DNA of 64,000 bases. Source: Candidatus Sumerlaeia bacterium. Lineage in GTDB: Bacteria > Sumerlaeota > Sumerlaeia > SLMS01 > JANRJK01. The stretch covers positions 17,659-81,658 of the forward strand of contig JANRJK010000005.1 of assembly GCA_033764015.1 (NCBI GenBank), written 5' to 3'. A program made the translations under genes and the position numbers. The notes beneath the pieces are model-generated. The model had not been told where the DNA came from and did no database searches. It worked only from the letters and a program-made list of their open reading frames with translations. Each line of letters begins with the position of its first letter. Position 1 is the stretch's first letter. Of the stretch, positions 28,613-38,400 are shown piece by piece.

Positions 28613-29698
28613 GTGTTCTTCTTCTTCTTCACTGTCCGCGAGAGCACCATCGCCATCGTCGAGTCCTTCGGGCGCTTCACGCGCACCGCCGGTCCGGGCC
28701 TGCACATGAAGACTCCTTTCGAGAGCGTCGTCGGCCGCGTAAGCCTCCGCGTCCAGCAGATGGACGTCGGCATCGAAACGAAGACCGAGGACGACGTGTT
28801 CGTGCGGATCACCGTCGCGGTCCAGTTCGCCGTCATGCCGGACCACGTGGTGGAGTCGTTCTACAAGCTCATGAACCCCGGCCAGCAAATCGAGTCCTAC
28901 GTGTACGACGTGGTGCGCTCGCAGGTTCCCGGGATGAAGCTGGACGAAGTGTTCCGCAACAAGGAGGACATCGCGCAGGCGGTGAAGAAGGAGCTTTCGG
29001 GGGTGATGCTGCAGTACGGCTACCGCATCGTGAACGCGCTGGTGAACGACGTGGACCCGGACCCGAAGGTGAAGTCCGCCATGAACGCGATCAACGAGGC
29101 GCAGCGGCTCCGCAAGGCGGCGGAGGAGCGCGGCGAGGCGGACAAGATCCTGAAGATCAAGGGCGCGGAAGCGGAGGCGGAGTCGAAGATCCTGCAGGGC
29201 CGCGGCATCGCCGGCCAGCGCAAGGCGATCATCGACGGCCTGCGCGACAGCGTGGAGGATTTCCAGCGCGGCATCCCCGGCGTCTCCGCCGGCGAGGTGA
29301 TGCAGATGGTGCTGATGACGCAGTACTTCGACACGCTGAAGGACGTCGGACAGGCCTCGCGGACGAACACGATCCTGCTGCCGCACACGCCGGGCGCGCT
29401 GGGGAACATCGCGGACCAGCTCCAGATGAGCCTGATGACCGCGAACCTGGCCACCTCCGAGGCGATGGAGGAGGGCACCGGCGGCGGCTCGGGGCGCCCC
29501 CATCCGGCGCCGCACCACGCAGCCGCGCCGAGGTTCGACGAGCACGCCCCCGCGGAGCCGCACCCGGTGGAGGCGCCCGCCATGCCTCCGCAGGCGCCGA
29601 ACCCGGCGCAGGCCGCGGCGCTGAAGGGGCTGATGAAGCAGGCCAAGAGCCACATCGTGACGCGCCGGCCCCAGCCGCCGCCGTTCCGCCCGGGGTGA
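28613..29698 (+). CDS. SPFH/band-7 protein (HIR-like) with Pro/Ala/His-rich tail
   Basis: GAGGAG plus GTG 28613; ETKTEDDVFV, YVYDVVR, GIAGQRKAI, TQYFDTL. Confidence 0.88.
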   Translation: MFFFFFTVRESTIAIVESFGRFTRTAGPGLHMKTPFESVVGRVSLRVQQMDVGIETKTEDDVFVRITVAVQFAVMPDHVVESFYKLMNPGQQIESYVYDVVRSQVPGMKLDEVFRNKEDIAQAVKKELSGVMLQYGYRIVNALVNDVDPDPKVKSAMNAINEAQRLRKAAEERGEADKILKIKGAEAEAESKILQGRGIAGQRKAIIDGLRDSVEDFQRGIPGVSAGEVMQMVLMTQYFDTLKDVGQASRTNTILLPHTPGALGNIADQLQMSLMTANLATSEAMEEGTGGGSGRPHPAPHHAAAPRFDEHAPAEPHPVEAPAMPPQAPNPAQAAALKGLMKQAKSHIVTRRPQPPPFRPG

Positions 29699-29769
29699 CG
29701 GCCCTTCCCGCTTGCGCGGGGGAGGCCGCCGCGCGGACATAGCCACAGCAAGCGCAAAGGACCGCCCCA

Positions 29770-30063
29770 GTGGCCACCCCGGTTGACGAAGACCCCTATG
29801 GCGTCGGAACCGCCTGGTTGATGCTCGGCGCGTTCACCAGCGTGGTGTTGACGGGGTTGTCGCTCTACCTGGTGAAAGGCGCGGCGTTCGCCGAAACGCT
29901 GGTCGGGCTCGTCGCGATCCCGCTAGGCGCAGCGCTGTTCCTCTCTTCGAGCTTTGCAGGCGTCTTATTCGCCATGTTGCTGCTGATCCGTCGCGACAAG
30001 GTCGAGGGGTTCTGCTTCCTGTCGCTGCTCGTGATCCTCTGGCACTTGGCCTGCCTCATCTGA
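29770..30063 (+). CDS. small membrane protein
   Basis: Three hydrophobic segments; fills the gap between co-oriented genes. Confidence 0.5.
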   Translation: MATPVDEDPYGVGTAWLMLGAFTSVVLTGLSLYLVKGAAFAETLVGLVAIPLGAALFLSSSFAGVLFAMLLLIRRDKVEGFCFLSLLVILWHLACLI

Positions 30064-30079
30064 ACCCGCGGAGTCCGCG

Positions 30080-30496
30080 ATGCATTCCGAAAACGATCGA
30101 TTGGTGCGCTCCGAGCACCTGAACCACCACGGGACGCTGTTCGCGGGAACGGTGGCCTCCTGGTTCGTCGAGACCTGCTTCACGGCGGCGGCGCGGCTGG
30201 TCGGGCGCACCGACAGCGTCGTGTGCCTCAAGATCCACGGGTTGCGGTTCGACATGCCGTGCCACCCTGGCGACCTCTTCAAGATCGAGGCGCGGGTCGC
30301 GTACGTCGGGCGCACCAGCATCCGCGTCCACGGGCGGGCGTACCGCAACTCGGAGACACGGGCGGTGACGGAGGGCTTCGTCACGTTCGTCACCGTGGAC
30401 GAGAACGGCACCAAGATGGAGCACGGCGCGAAGCTGCCCCCGCCGAAGGACGACTACGAGTCGGTGCTGCGCTCGCAGGCGGAGGCGATCCGCTAG
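30080..30496 (+). CDS. hotdog-fold acyl-CoA thioesterase
   Basis: HLNHHGTLFAG, VGRTSI, FVTFVTVD. Confidence 0.85.
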   Translation: MHSENDRLVRSEHLNHHGTLFAGTVASWFVETCFTAAARLVGRTDSVVCLKIHGLRFDMPCHPGDLFKIEARVAYVGRTSIRVHGRAYRNSETRAVTEGFVTFVTVDENGTKMEHGAKLPPPKDDYESVLRSQAEAIR

Positions 30497-30512
30497 GAGG
30501 GAGTCCCCGCGG

Positions 30513-31556
30513 ATGGGCACGTTCGTCTACATCCTCGCCGGGCTTGGTGCCTGCTCGCTCACGCTCCTGCTGGCAGTGGGCGTCTTCTTCCTGCTGGTGA
30601 AGCGGAAGCTGGCGAAGCTGGCCGCGGGCATCGCCACCTCCGACGGCCGCTCCCCGATCCGGCTCCACCTGCACCGCGCGGCGGTGGACGCTCCCCCGCT
30701 GCCGGAGGAAGCCGCGCGGCTCTGCGGCGAGTTCGCCGCGCTCGGGTTCGAGCAGGTGGGTCCGTTCGCGATCGAAGAGATGCCCACGACGCGCTTGGTC
30801 GGCTTCGCGCATCCCACCGAGCGCCTCGGCGCGGCGGTCTACCACATGGACGGCATCGGCGCGTGGTGCGACCTGGTCGCGCGCTACCCGGAAGGCATTG
30901 AGCTGACGGTTTCCAGCGCGCCCGACATGGGGCGGGTGGACCTCCGCCCCGGCAAGCGGACGGTGTTCGAGCCGGCGGCTCGACCGGAGCGGCTGCTGGA
31001 GCTGTTCCTCGAGGCGCGGGGCCCGGAGCCGGCGCTCCCCTTCGAGCCGGAGCACTTCGCCCGCATCTTCGAAGAGAGCTACGCCGAGGACATGGACTGG
31101 CGGACGCTTCGCGGCCCCGCGACGGACGATGAGATCCGGCGCGTGGCGGCTGCGAGTGGCACGGCGATTTCCGAGGCGGACCTGGAGCGGATGCGGGCGC
31201 TCGAGCGGGCCAAGTGGCTGAACTCGGTCTGGGACCTGCTGGCGTTGCGCTTCGGCCAGTCGCCGGAAGCGCCGGCTGATTGGGACCGGCGCCGCGAGGA
31301 GGCCGTGTTCATCCACGACCGCATGTCGCCGGAGGATGTGCTGGCGGCGTGCGGGGCGCTCGAGCTCGATGTACCCGGTCTGGAAGACATCCGTGGCGGC
31401 GCGGCGGGGCTGTTGGGCGCGCGCTACGACACGTCGCTGCCGGCGCGGGGCCTCTTCCAGAACATCGTGGACCGCATGGAACCCGAGTTGCGCCCCACGC
31501 GGATCGGCGCATTGAAAAAGCCTATGGAGGCGGAGGTCTGGTGGCCCCGTGGTTGA
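30513..31556 (+). CDS. hypothetical membrane-anchored protein
   Basis: GGAGG RBS, N-terminal TM helix, typical codon usage. Confidence 0.65.
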   Translation: MGTFVYILAGLGACSLTLLLAVGVFFLLVKRKLAKLAAGIATSDGRSPIRLHLHRAAVDAPPLPEEAARLCGEFAALGFEQVGPFAIEEMPTTRLVGFAHPTERLGAAVYHMDGIGAWCDLVARYPEGIELTVSSAPDMGRVDLRPGKRTVFEPAARPERLLELFLEARGPEPALPFEPEHFARIFEESYAEDMDWRTLRGPATDDEIRRVAAASGTAISEADLERMRALERAKWLNSVWDLLALRFGQSPEAPADWDRRREEAVFIHDRMSPEDVLAACGALELDVPGLEDIRGGAAGLLGARYDTSLPARGLFQNIVDRMEPELRPTRIGALKKPMEAEVWWPRG

Positions 31557-31688
31557 GCGCGGCTTGGCGCGCCGACTTTCCGGCGCTTCCACCTTGCGCT
31601 TCGCCTTCGCAACGCGGTTATCCTGTGTAGTGATCGTGGGCACCGAGACCCTCCCCCCGATGGTTGAAACGGATAGCGTCCAGCGGCG

Positions 31689-33158
31689 ATGATCTCGCCT
31701 GACACCCCCGTGTACGACGCCGCGCAGGCCTCCGACGAACGGCTCCGCGCAGTGCTCCTCTCTCCGCACTCGCTCATCGAAACGACGAGCGGCGAAGACG
31801 CGGCGCACGGCTTGCGGCTGTTCCGCACCCAGGACGCCAACGAGGCGCTCCGCATCGCGCTCCGCGAGGGCTGCTGCATCGTGGTGGACCTCACTGTGGA
31901 CGAGCGCACGATCCGTGAAGTCGCCGTCGGGCGGGCCAGCCAGACCGTTCCGCCGCTGCTGCTCACGATCGGCGCGGGGGCGGCGGCCAAGGCGAAGTCG
32001 CGCGAGTTGGAAGCGATCGCCCACCTCGAAGCGATTCAATCCCTCGACTACCTGCGCGGCGCCCTCGATGTGGCCCGCACCGGGTTCGAAATCAGGCGCA
32101 CCGCCAACTCCTCGAAGGTGCTGCGCATCCACTCGCTCTACGACTTGACGAGCCGGCTGCTCCGCATCGCCACGCGGGACGACCTGCGGCGCGTGCTGCT
32201 GAACAGCCTGCCGATGCTGTTCGAGGTGCCCTTCATCGCGATCACAGCGCCGGACTTCGACCAGCCGCTGATCTTCAGCTACCAGCAGGAGGGCGTCTTC
32301 GCCGACGACATCGGGCCGCTGCTTCAGATCCACGTGCGCAAGGCGTGGCGGGCGCTGCGCCCCGACGGCGACGCGGCGGATTGGGGCTTCCTCGACGACT
32401 TCCCGCAGATCGAGCTTCCCGGGCCGCGGCGCGTGACCGCGGATGAGCTGATCAGCGCTCCCATTACGAAGGGCCAGAAGACGCGCGGCTTCCTCACGGT
32501 GATCCCGGACAAGCAGTGGGATCTGGACGAGCCGCGCATCCAGGGCTTCTTCGTCACCGGCGACCTGCTCGGCGTGGTGCTGCACAACCTCGAGCTGCTC
32601 GAACAGCTCGAACGGCGCGCGATGCACGACGGCCTCACGGGCCTGTTCAACCGCCAGGCGTTCATGGAGCGCTTCGAGCTCGAGTGCCAGCGCACGCAGC
32701 GGCACAAACACCAGGTGAGCCTGCTGATCCTCGACCTGGACCACTTCAAGCTGGTCAACGACACGTACGGGCACCAGGCGGGCGACGAGGCGCTGCGGCG
32801 CGTGGCGGCGGTGCTCAACGAGTCGATCCGCGAGACGGACACGGTGGGGCGCGCCGGCGGGGAGGAGTTCATGGTGCTGCTGCCCGAGACGGCGCAGCCC
32901 GGGGCGGAGCTGCTGGCCGAGCGGATCCGCGCGGCGGTGGAGCAGATCGCGTTCCCCGCGGCCGAGGAGACGGTCCGCCTGACCGCCTCGATCGGCGTGG
33001 CGAGCACCTTCGGGCGCGCGGCGCACGCGGACACGCTGATGGCGCGGGCGGACCGCGCGCTCTACCGCGCGAAGGGCGAAGGCCGAAACCGGGTGGTGGT
33101 GGACGGCGCGCGGCCCGCGGCCTCGACGCCGGACATGTCCTCGGTGGACTTGGAGTAG
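31689..33158 (+). CDS. diguanylate cyclase (GAF-like plus GGDEF)
   Basis: DGLTGLFNR, DLDHFKLVND.YGH..GD, GGEEF and an RxxD I-site (RETD). Confidence 0.92.
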   Translation: MISPDTPVYDAAQASDERLRAVLLSPHSLIETTSGEDAAHGLRLFRTQDANEALRIALREGCCIVVDLTVDERTIREVAVGRASQTVPPLLLTIGAGAAAKAKSRELEAIAHLEAIQSLDYLRGALDVARTGFEIRRTANSSKVLRIHSLYDLTSRLLRIATRDDLRRVLLNSLPMLFEVPFIAITAPDFDQPLIFSYQQEGVFADDIGPLLQIHVRKAWRALRPDGDAADWGFLDDFPQIELPGPRRVTADELISAPITKGQKTRGFLTVIPDKQWDLDEPRIQGFFVTGDLLGVVLHNLELLEQLERRAMHDGLTGLFNRQAFMERFELECQRTQRHKHQVSLLILDLDHFKLVNDTYGHQAGDEALRRVAAVLNESIRETDTVGRAGGEEFMVLLPETAQPGAELLAERIRAAVEQIAFPAAEETVRLTASIGVASTFGRAAHADTLMARADRALYRAKGEGRNRVVVDGARPAASTPDMSSVDLE

Positions 33159-33185
33159 CTGCTCGGCGGCACACTCTGAGAATGC

Positions 33186-33225
33186 GAACGGGGGCCGCGC
33201 GGTGTGCGCGGCCCCCGTTCCTTTT
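33186..33225 (+). terminator. rho-independent terminator between convergent genes
   Basis: 15-bp stem gaacgggggccgcgc-GGTGT-gcgcggcccccgttc plus CTTTT. Confidence 0.8.
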
Positions 33226-33245
33226 CCGGGCGTTCCGACGGCGCG

Positions 33246-34289
33246 TCAGGCGCCGGCGGGCTCCTTCGCTAGCAGGTCCGCGAGGCGGCGCTCGCGGCGC
33301 TTCTCCCAGCCGCGCTGGTGGTAGGCGTAGCCCGCGATGAGGGGCATCGTCGTGGTTGCCTCGCCGAAGACCATCTGCTCGTAGGTGACGTCGACCTTAC
33401 CCCAGGAGCACGCCTCCTTGAGCGTCGAGCCGGAGAGGGCGCCATCTCGCTCGTCGGCGACGGTGAGCTGGACCGCGTACTTGTGCATGGAGACCTCGTG
33501 GCCGAGGAGTTCGGCGCAGACGACGATGTCCTGCGCGAAGTTCTTGGGCACGCCGCCGCCGACCATGAAGAGGCCGGACTCCTTGTAGGCGAGCTTGAGC
33601 TGGGTGAGTTCGCGGAAGTCGGCGACGCTGTCGATGGAGACGTGCGCGTCGGGCTTGCGGATCTGGTGCATGACGAGGCCGAAGCCGGCGGAGCAGTCGC
33701 TGAAGGCGGGGCAGAAGATCGGCACGCCGTGCTCGTAGGCGGCGAGGACGATGGAGTCCTTCGTCTTGCCGTGCTCGGCGAGGTGCCGGCCCATCTCGTG
33801 GATGAACTCGCGCGAGGAGTAGGGGCGCGCTTCGAGGGTGTCGGCGATGTCGGCGATCGTGTTGTCGCAGATGCGCAGCTCGTCCTCGTCGATGTAGGTG
33901 TCGAAAATGCGGTCGATGCCGAGTTCGCGGAGCTGGTTGTCGTCCACGAACTGGGTGCCCATGTAGTGCTTGAAGCCGAGTCCTTCGAAGAAGTCCTGGT
34001 CGACGATGTTGGCGCCGGTCGACACGATGGCGTCGACCATGCGGTTGCGGACCATGTCGACGATGATCTGCTTGAGTCCGGCGGAGACGAGGGAGCCGGC
34101 GAGGCAGAGGATGACGATGCCCTCCTCGTCCTTGACCATGCGGTCGAGGATCGTGGCGGCGCGGTGGAGGTTGCGGGACTGGAAGGCCATGGAGGCCATC
34201 TGCTCGACGACCGGGCGGACGTCGGAGGCCTTCATGTCGTAGTGGACGATGGTGGCGTCCAGGAAGTCGGTCTTCTTGCGTGCGGCCAT
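33246..34289 (-). CDS. deoxyhypusine synthase-like protein (probable homospermidine synthase)
   Basis: VSTGAN, PAFSDCS, GGGVPKNF, GALSGSTLKEACSWGKV. Confidence 0.88.
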   Translation of the reverse strand: MAARKKTDFLDATIVHYDMKASDVRPVVEQMASMAFQSRNLHRAATILDRMVKDEEGIVILCLAGSLVSAGLKQIIVDMVRNRMVDAIVSTGANIVDQDFFEGLGFKHYMGTQFVDDNQLRELGIDRIFDTYIDEDELRICDNTIADIADTLEARPYSSREFIHEMGRHLAEHGKTKDSIVLAAYEHGVPIFCPAFSDCSAGFGLVMHQIRKPDAHVSIDSVADFRELTQLKLAYKESGLFMVGGGVPKNFAQDIVVCAELLGHEVSMHKYAVQLTVADERDGALSGSTLKEACSWGKVDVTYEQMVFGEATTTMPLIAGYAYHQRGWEKRRERRLADLLAKEPAGA

Positions 34290-34422
34290 GTTCGGGGCAC
34301 CTTCGGGCTGGGGAGTGTCGAGGCGTTCCCGGCGGGCGCCGGCGCAACTCGTGCGCGCCCGGCGGAACCGGCCGGACGGCGAAACGCGGGAAGGGAAGGG
34401 CTGGTGGGGCTGGAACGCAAGG

Positions 34423-35415
34423 TCAATCTGGGGCGGGCCCTTCGGCGGTGGTGGCGCTCCAGCGCTTGAACTCGCTGAAAAGGTGCGGATCCCAGCGTCC
34501 TTCCGCGGATTCGCGTTCCAGGATGTCCATCGATTCCGCGGCGCTGAAGGCCTTCTTGTAGGGTCGGGCGTGGGTCAGCGCGTCCCAGGAGTCGAGGAGC
34601 TGGAAGACGCGGGCGAGGCGCGGGATCTCCTCTCCGGCCATGCCGGCCGGGTAGCCCTTGCCGTCCCACCGCTCGTGGTGGTGGCGGACGATGGGCAGGA
34701 CGCGGGCCATGGTGGCGAGGGGCGCGAGCAGGTCGGCGCCGGCGGCGGCGTGGGTCTTCATCACCTCCCACTCCTCCGGGGTGAGCTTGCCGGGCTTCTG
34801 CAGGACCGCGTCGGGGATGGCGATCTTGCCGATGTCGTGCAGGTAGCCGGCGCGTTCGAGGGCCTGCACCTCCTGGGCGTCGAGGCCGAGGAACTCGCCG
34901 AAGGCCCGGCCGCTGCGGCGGAGGCGCTCGCAGTGCTCGCCGGTGGTGTGGTCGCGGGCTTCGGCGCAGAGCGCGAGGCTGTCGAGCACGCGGTCGGCGG
35001 AATCGAGGCTCTCCGTGAGCCGGCGGATGCGGCCGAGGGAGCGGACTCGGGCGCCGAGGAGGAGGCGGTCGACGGGCTTGGTGAGGAAGTCGGTGGCGCC
35101 GACCTCGAGGGCCCGGATGCGGTCGTTGCGGGCGTCGAGGCTGGTGACCATGACGATGGGGACGAGCGCGAGTTCCCGCCGCTCCCGCATGCGGCGGCAG
35201 AGTTCGAAGCCCGAGATCCCGGCCATCATGGCGTCGGTGAGGATCACGTCGGGAATCACGCTGGCGGCGAAGTCGACCGCCTCCTCCGGGTCGTCGAGCC
35301 CGTAGAAGCGGAAGCCGAAGTCGCCGCAGTAGGCGCCGAGGACTTCGAGGGCGGACTCGTCGTCGTCCACCGCCATGACTCGCAAGGGAGTCGCGAACTC
35401 GTCGGAGGTATCCAT
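34423..35415 (-). CDS. response regulator with HD-GYP phosphodiesterase (RpfG-like)
   Basis: REC domain (VDDD, D, FLTKP), LHDIGK, HHERWDGKGYP; TGATG overlap with the kinase. Confidence 0.92.
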   Translation of the reverse strand: MDTSDEFATPLRVMAVDDDESALEVLGAYCGDFGFRFYGLDDPEEAVDFAASVIPDVILTDAMMAGISGFELCRRMRERRELALVPIVMVTSLDARNDRIRALEVGATDFLTKPVDRLLLGARVRSLGRIRRLTESLDSADRVLDSLALCAEARDHTTGEHCERLRRSGRAFGEFLGLDAQEVQALERAGYLHDIGKIAIPDAVLQKPGKLTPEEWEVMKTHAAAGADLLAPLATMARVLPIVRHHHERWDGKGYPAGMAGEEIPRLARVFQLLDSWDALTHARPYKKAFSAAESMDILERESAEGRWDPHLFSEFKRWSATTAEGPAPD

Positions 35416-38400
35416 CAGGTCCCTGGGTCCGTTGGGCTGGTTCTGGCGAGGTGCGCCTTTATCATCACCGCTAGGGCGCGGACGGATATCGGCTTGGACA
35501 TGTAGTCGTCCATGCCGGCGGCGAGGCAGCGCTCGCGGTCTCCGGGCATGGCGAAGGAGGTGAGGGCGATAATCGGGGTCTTGGCGTGCCCGGGAAGCCG
35601 GCGGATCGCGCGGGTGGCCTCGAAGCCGTCCATGACGGGCATCTGGACATCCATGAGGATCAGGTCGAAGGATGTTTCGCGGGCGTGGGCGAGCGCTTCC
35701 GCGCCGTCGTGCGCGACGGTGATCTTGTGGCCTTTGGCGGATAGGAAGTCGCACACGACGGCGATGTTCGCCGGGTTGTCCTCCGCCACGAGGATATGGC
35801 CGCGCCGGCTCCTGACGCGCTCGCTCGGGGGCTCGGGGACCGGGCCGCCGTCCTTCGCCGCCTCCTCCCGCGAGGGGGCCCAGGGGAAGCTGACGGTGAA
35901 GCGGCTGCCGCGCCCCGGCTCGCTGTCGAGCGAGACGCGCCCGCCGTGCATCTCGACCAAGCGCTTCACGATGGAGAGCCCGAGGCCGGTGCCGCCGTGG
36001 CGCTTCGTCATCGTCGACTCGAGCTGGGTGAAGGGCTTGAAGAGGCGCGCCTGCTCCTCCAGCGAGATTCCCTCGCCGGAGTCGGCGACCGAGATCGACA
36101 TCATGCCGCGCTCCTCGTCGGCGGCGGTCTGGACTTCGACCCAGCCACCTTCGGCGGTGAACTTGATCGCATTGCTGAGCAGGTTGAAGAGCACCTGGCG
36201 GAGCCTGCGCGGGTCCACGACGACGGAGGCGGCCTTGGGATCGAGGCGCGTGCGGAGCTCCACGCCGCGCGATGCCGCGTGCTCGTCCATGAGCCGGGCC
36301 GCGGAGAGGCAGGCCTCGGGCACGTTCACCCGTTCGCAGGCGAGCGTCACCTTCCCCGCTTCGATCTTGGCGAGGTCGAGCAGGTCGTTGATGAGGAGCA
36401 GGAGGTGGCGCCCGCTCTCCTCGATGCGCCGCAGCGCACCTTTCTGGCGCTCCTCGAGGGGGCCGTAGACCCCCATGCCGAGGGACTCGCCCATGCCGAG
36501 GATCGCGTTGAGCGGCGTGCGGAGTTCGTGGCTCATGTTGGCGAGGAACTCGTCCTTCTGGCGGGTGGCTTCGGCGAGTTGGCGATTCGCCTCCTCGAGG
36601 CGCTTCTCCCGCTCGACCAACTCGGTGACGTCGAAGTTGATGCCGACGAAGCGACCCGGTCCGCCGGACTCGCCGGGCAGATACAGCGCACGGGTCTGCA
36701 GAACGCGGGTGGCGCCATCCGGAGTGCAGAAGGAAAAGCTGGTCCGGAACTCGCCATCGCCGGCCATGGACTCTCGCGACTTCCGCTCAACCTCGTCGGC
36801 GATGGCATCGCCCACCATCGCGCGCCACGCCTCGATCGATACCGGACGCCTTCCCCGGGGGATTCCGTAGAGGTCGAACATCCGGTCGTCCCAGTGGATG
36901 CCGCCGTTGGAGATGTCGTAGGACCAGACGCCGATGTGGCCCGCTTCGAGCGCCATTTCGAGCTGCCGCGAGAGGAGCTGCACGCGCCGTTCGGCCTCGC
37001 GTCGGGCCGTGATGTCCCGGGTGACGACCACGGTGGCGCCGTCCGGGAGGCGTGAGACGTCGATCTCCGCGTCGAAAGTGGTGCCATCGGCGCGGACCGC
37101 GGTCCCGTCGCCCATCCAGCCGCTCGCATGGGACTTTTCAGCGGGGATCATCCTGCCGGTCTGTTCGTCGAACAGCTCGCGCCAGCCGCGGTCCGCCGGG
37201 AAGTCGCCGAAGAGACGGATATGCGTGGGATTGCGGTAGATGCGGATCCCGGCGGCGTAGATGGCGATCGCTTCCAGCGAGTTCTCGAGCGCCGCGGCCT
37301 GGCGGGAGACCTCGATGGTGCGCGCTTCGACGCGGGCTTCGAGGTCGGCGTTGAGCGCGGCGAGGCGTTCCTTGGCCTCCGCGAGGGCGCGCTGCGCATC
37401 GAGGCGCGCCGTAATGTCCCGCGCGAAGCCCGCGAAGCCGGTGTGGCGCCCGCGCCCATCGCGGAAGGGCGTGATGGTGAGCTCGATCCAGTATGGCGAT
37501 CCGTTGCGCCGGTAGTTCAGGATCTCGGCGGAGACCGGCTCCAGCCGGGCGAGCTGCTCCGAGATATGCTTGCGAACTCCCGGGTCGGTGCCGGCGCCCT
37601 GGAGAACCTTGCCGGGGTCCTTGCCGAGCATCTCCTCGAGGGGGAAGCCCGAGAGGGCCTCCTGCGCCGGGTTGGCCCAGGTGACGCGGCGGTCGGTGTC
37701 GGTGCGCATGATGGCGAAGGCGGCCTGCTGGACAGTCGCGGCAAGGAGGCGGTTCTCCTCCTCCGCGGCACGGCGCAGGAGGAAGCCTACGGCGAGGTTG
37801 CCGAAGACGGCGAGGAGCTGGCTGCCAGTGCGCGCGCGTGGCGAGGAGCTGGGCCACTCGAATCCGGCGAAGCCGACGGCCTCCTCCCCGGCGAGCAGGG
37901 GCATGGCGAGGGACTCCGCCCCGTGCCTTCCGCTGAGCACGCAGGAGCAGGGGATCGCCGCGTCGGATCCGCGCCGAACGACCGGGCTGCGCTCCTGGCG
38001 GGCGGCGTCGGCGACGCAGGCGCACACCTCGTCGATGTGGGCGGGGTCCAGCGCGCCGACGACCGCCTCCGCGCCCGGGGCGAGCCACTCGAGCGCGGTG
38101 CGTCCGCCGACCGACGGCCGGTCGCGGGTCGCGAGGTAGGCGCGTTCGGCGCCGACGAACTCGCCGAGCCGCCGGAGGGCGTCCCGGAGCACGCCCCCCC
38201 CGTCCTCGCTGGGCGTGTTGACGAGCCGCTCCGCGATCTCCATGAGGATCGTGCGGAGTTCGGCGTCGCGGCGCAGCGCGGTGGCCGCCTCGCGAAGCTC
38301 GGTGATGTCCTGCACGACACCGACGGAGCGCAGGGGAGTGCCGTCGGGGGCGCGTTCGTGTACGCAGCGTTCGAACACGTGGCGGACCTCGCCGGAGTCC

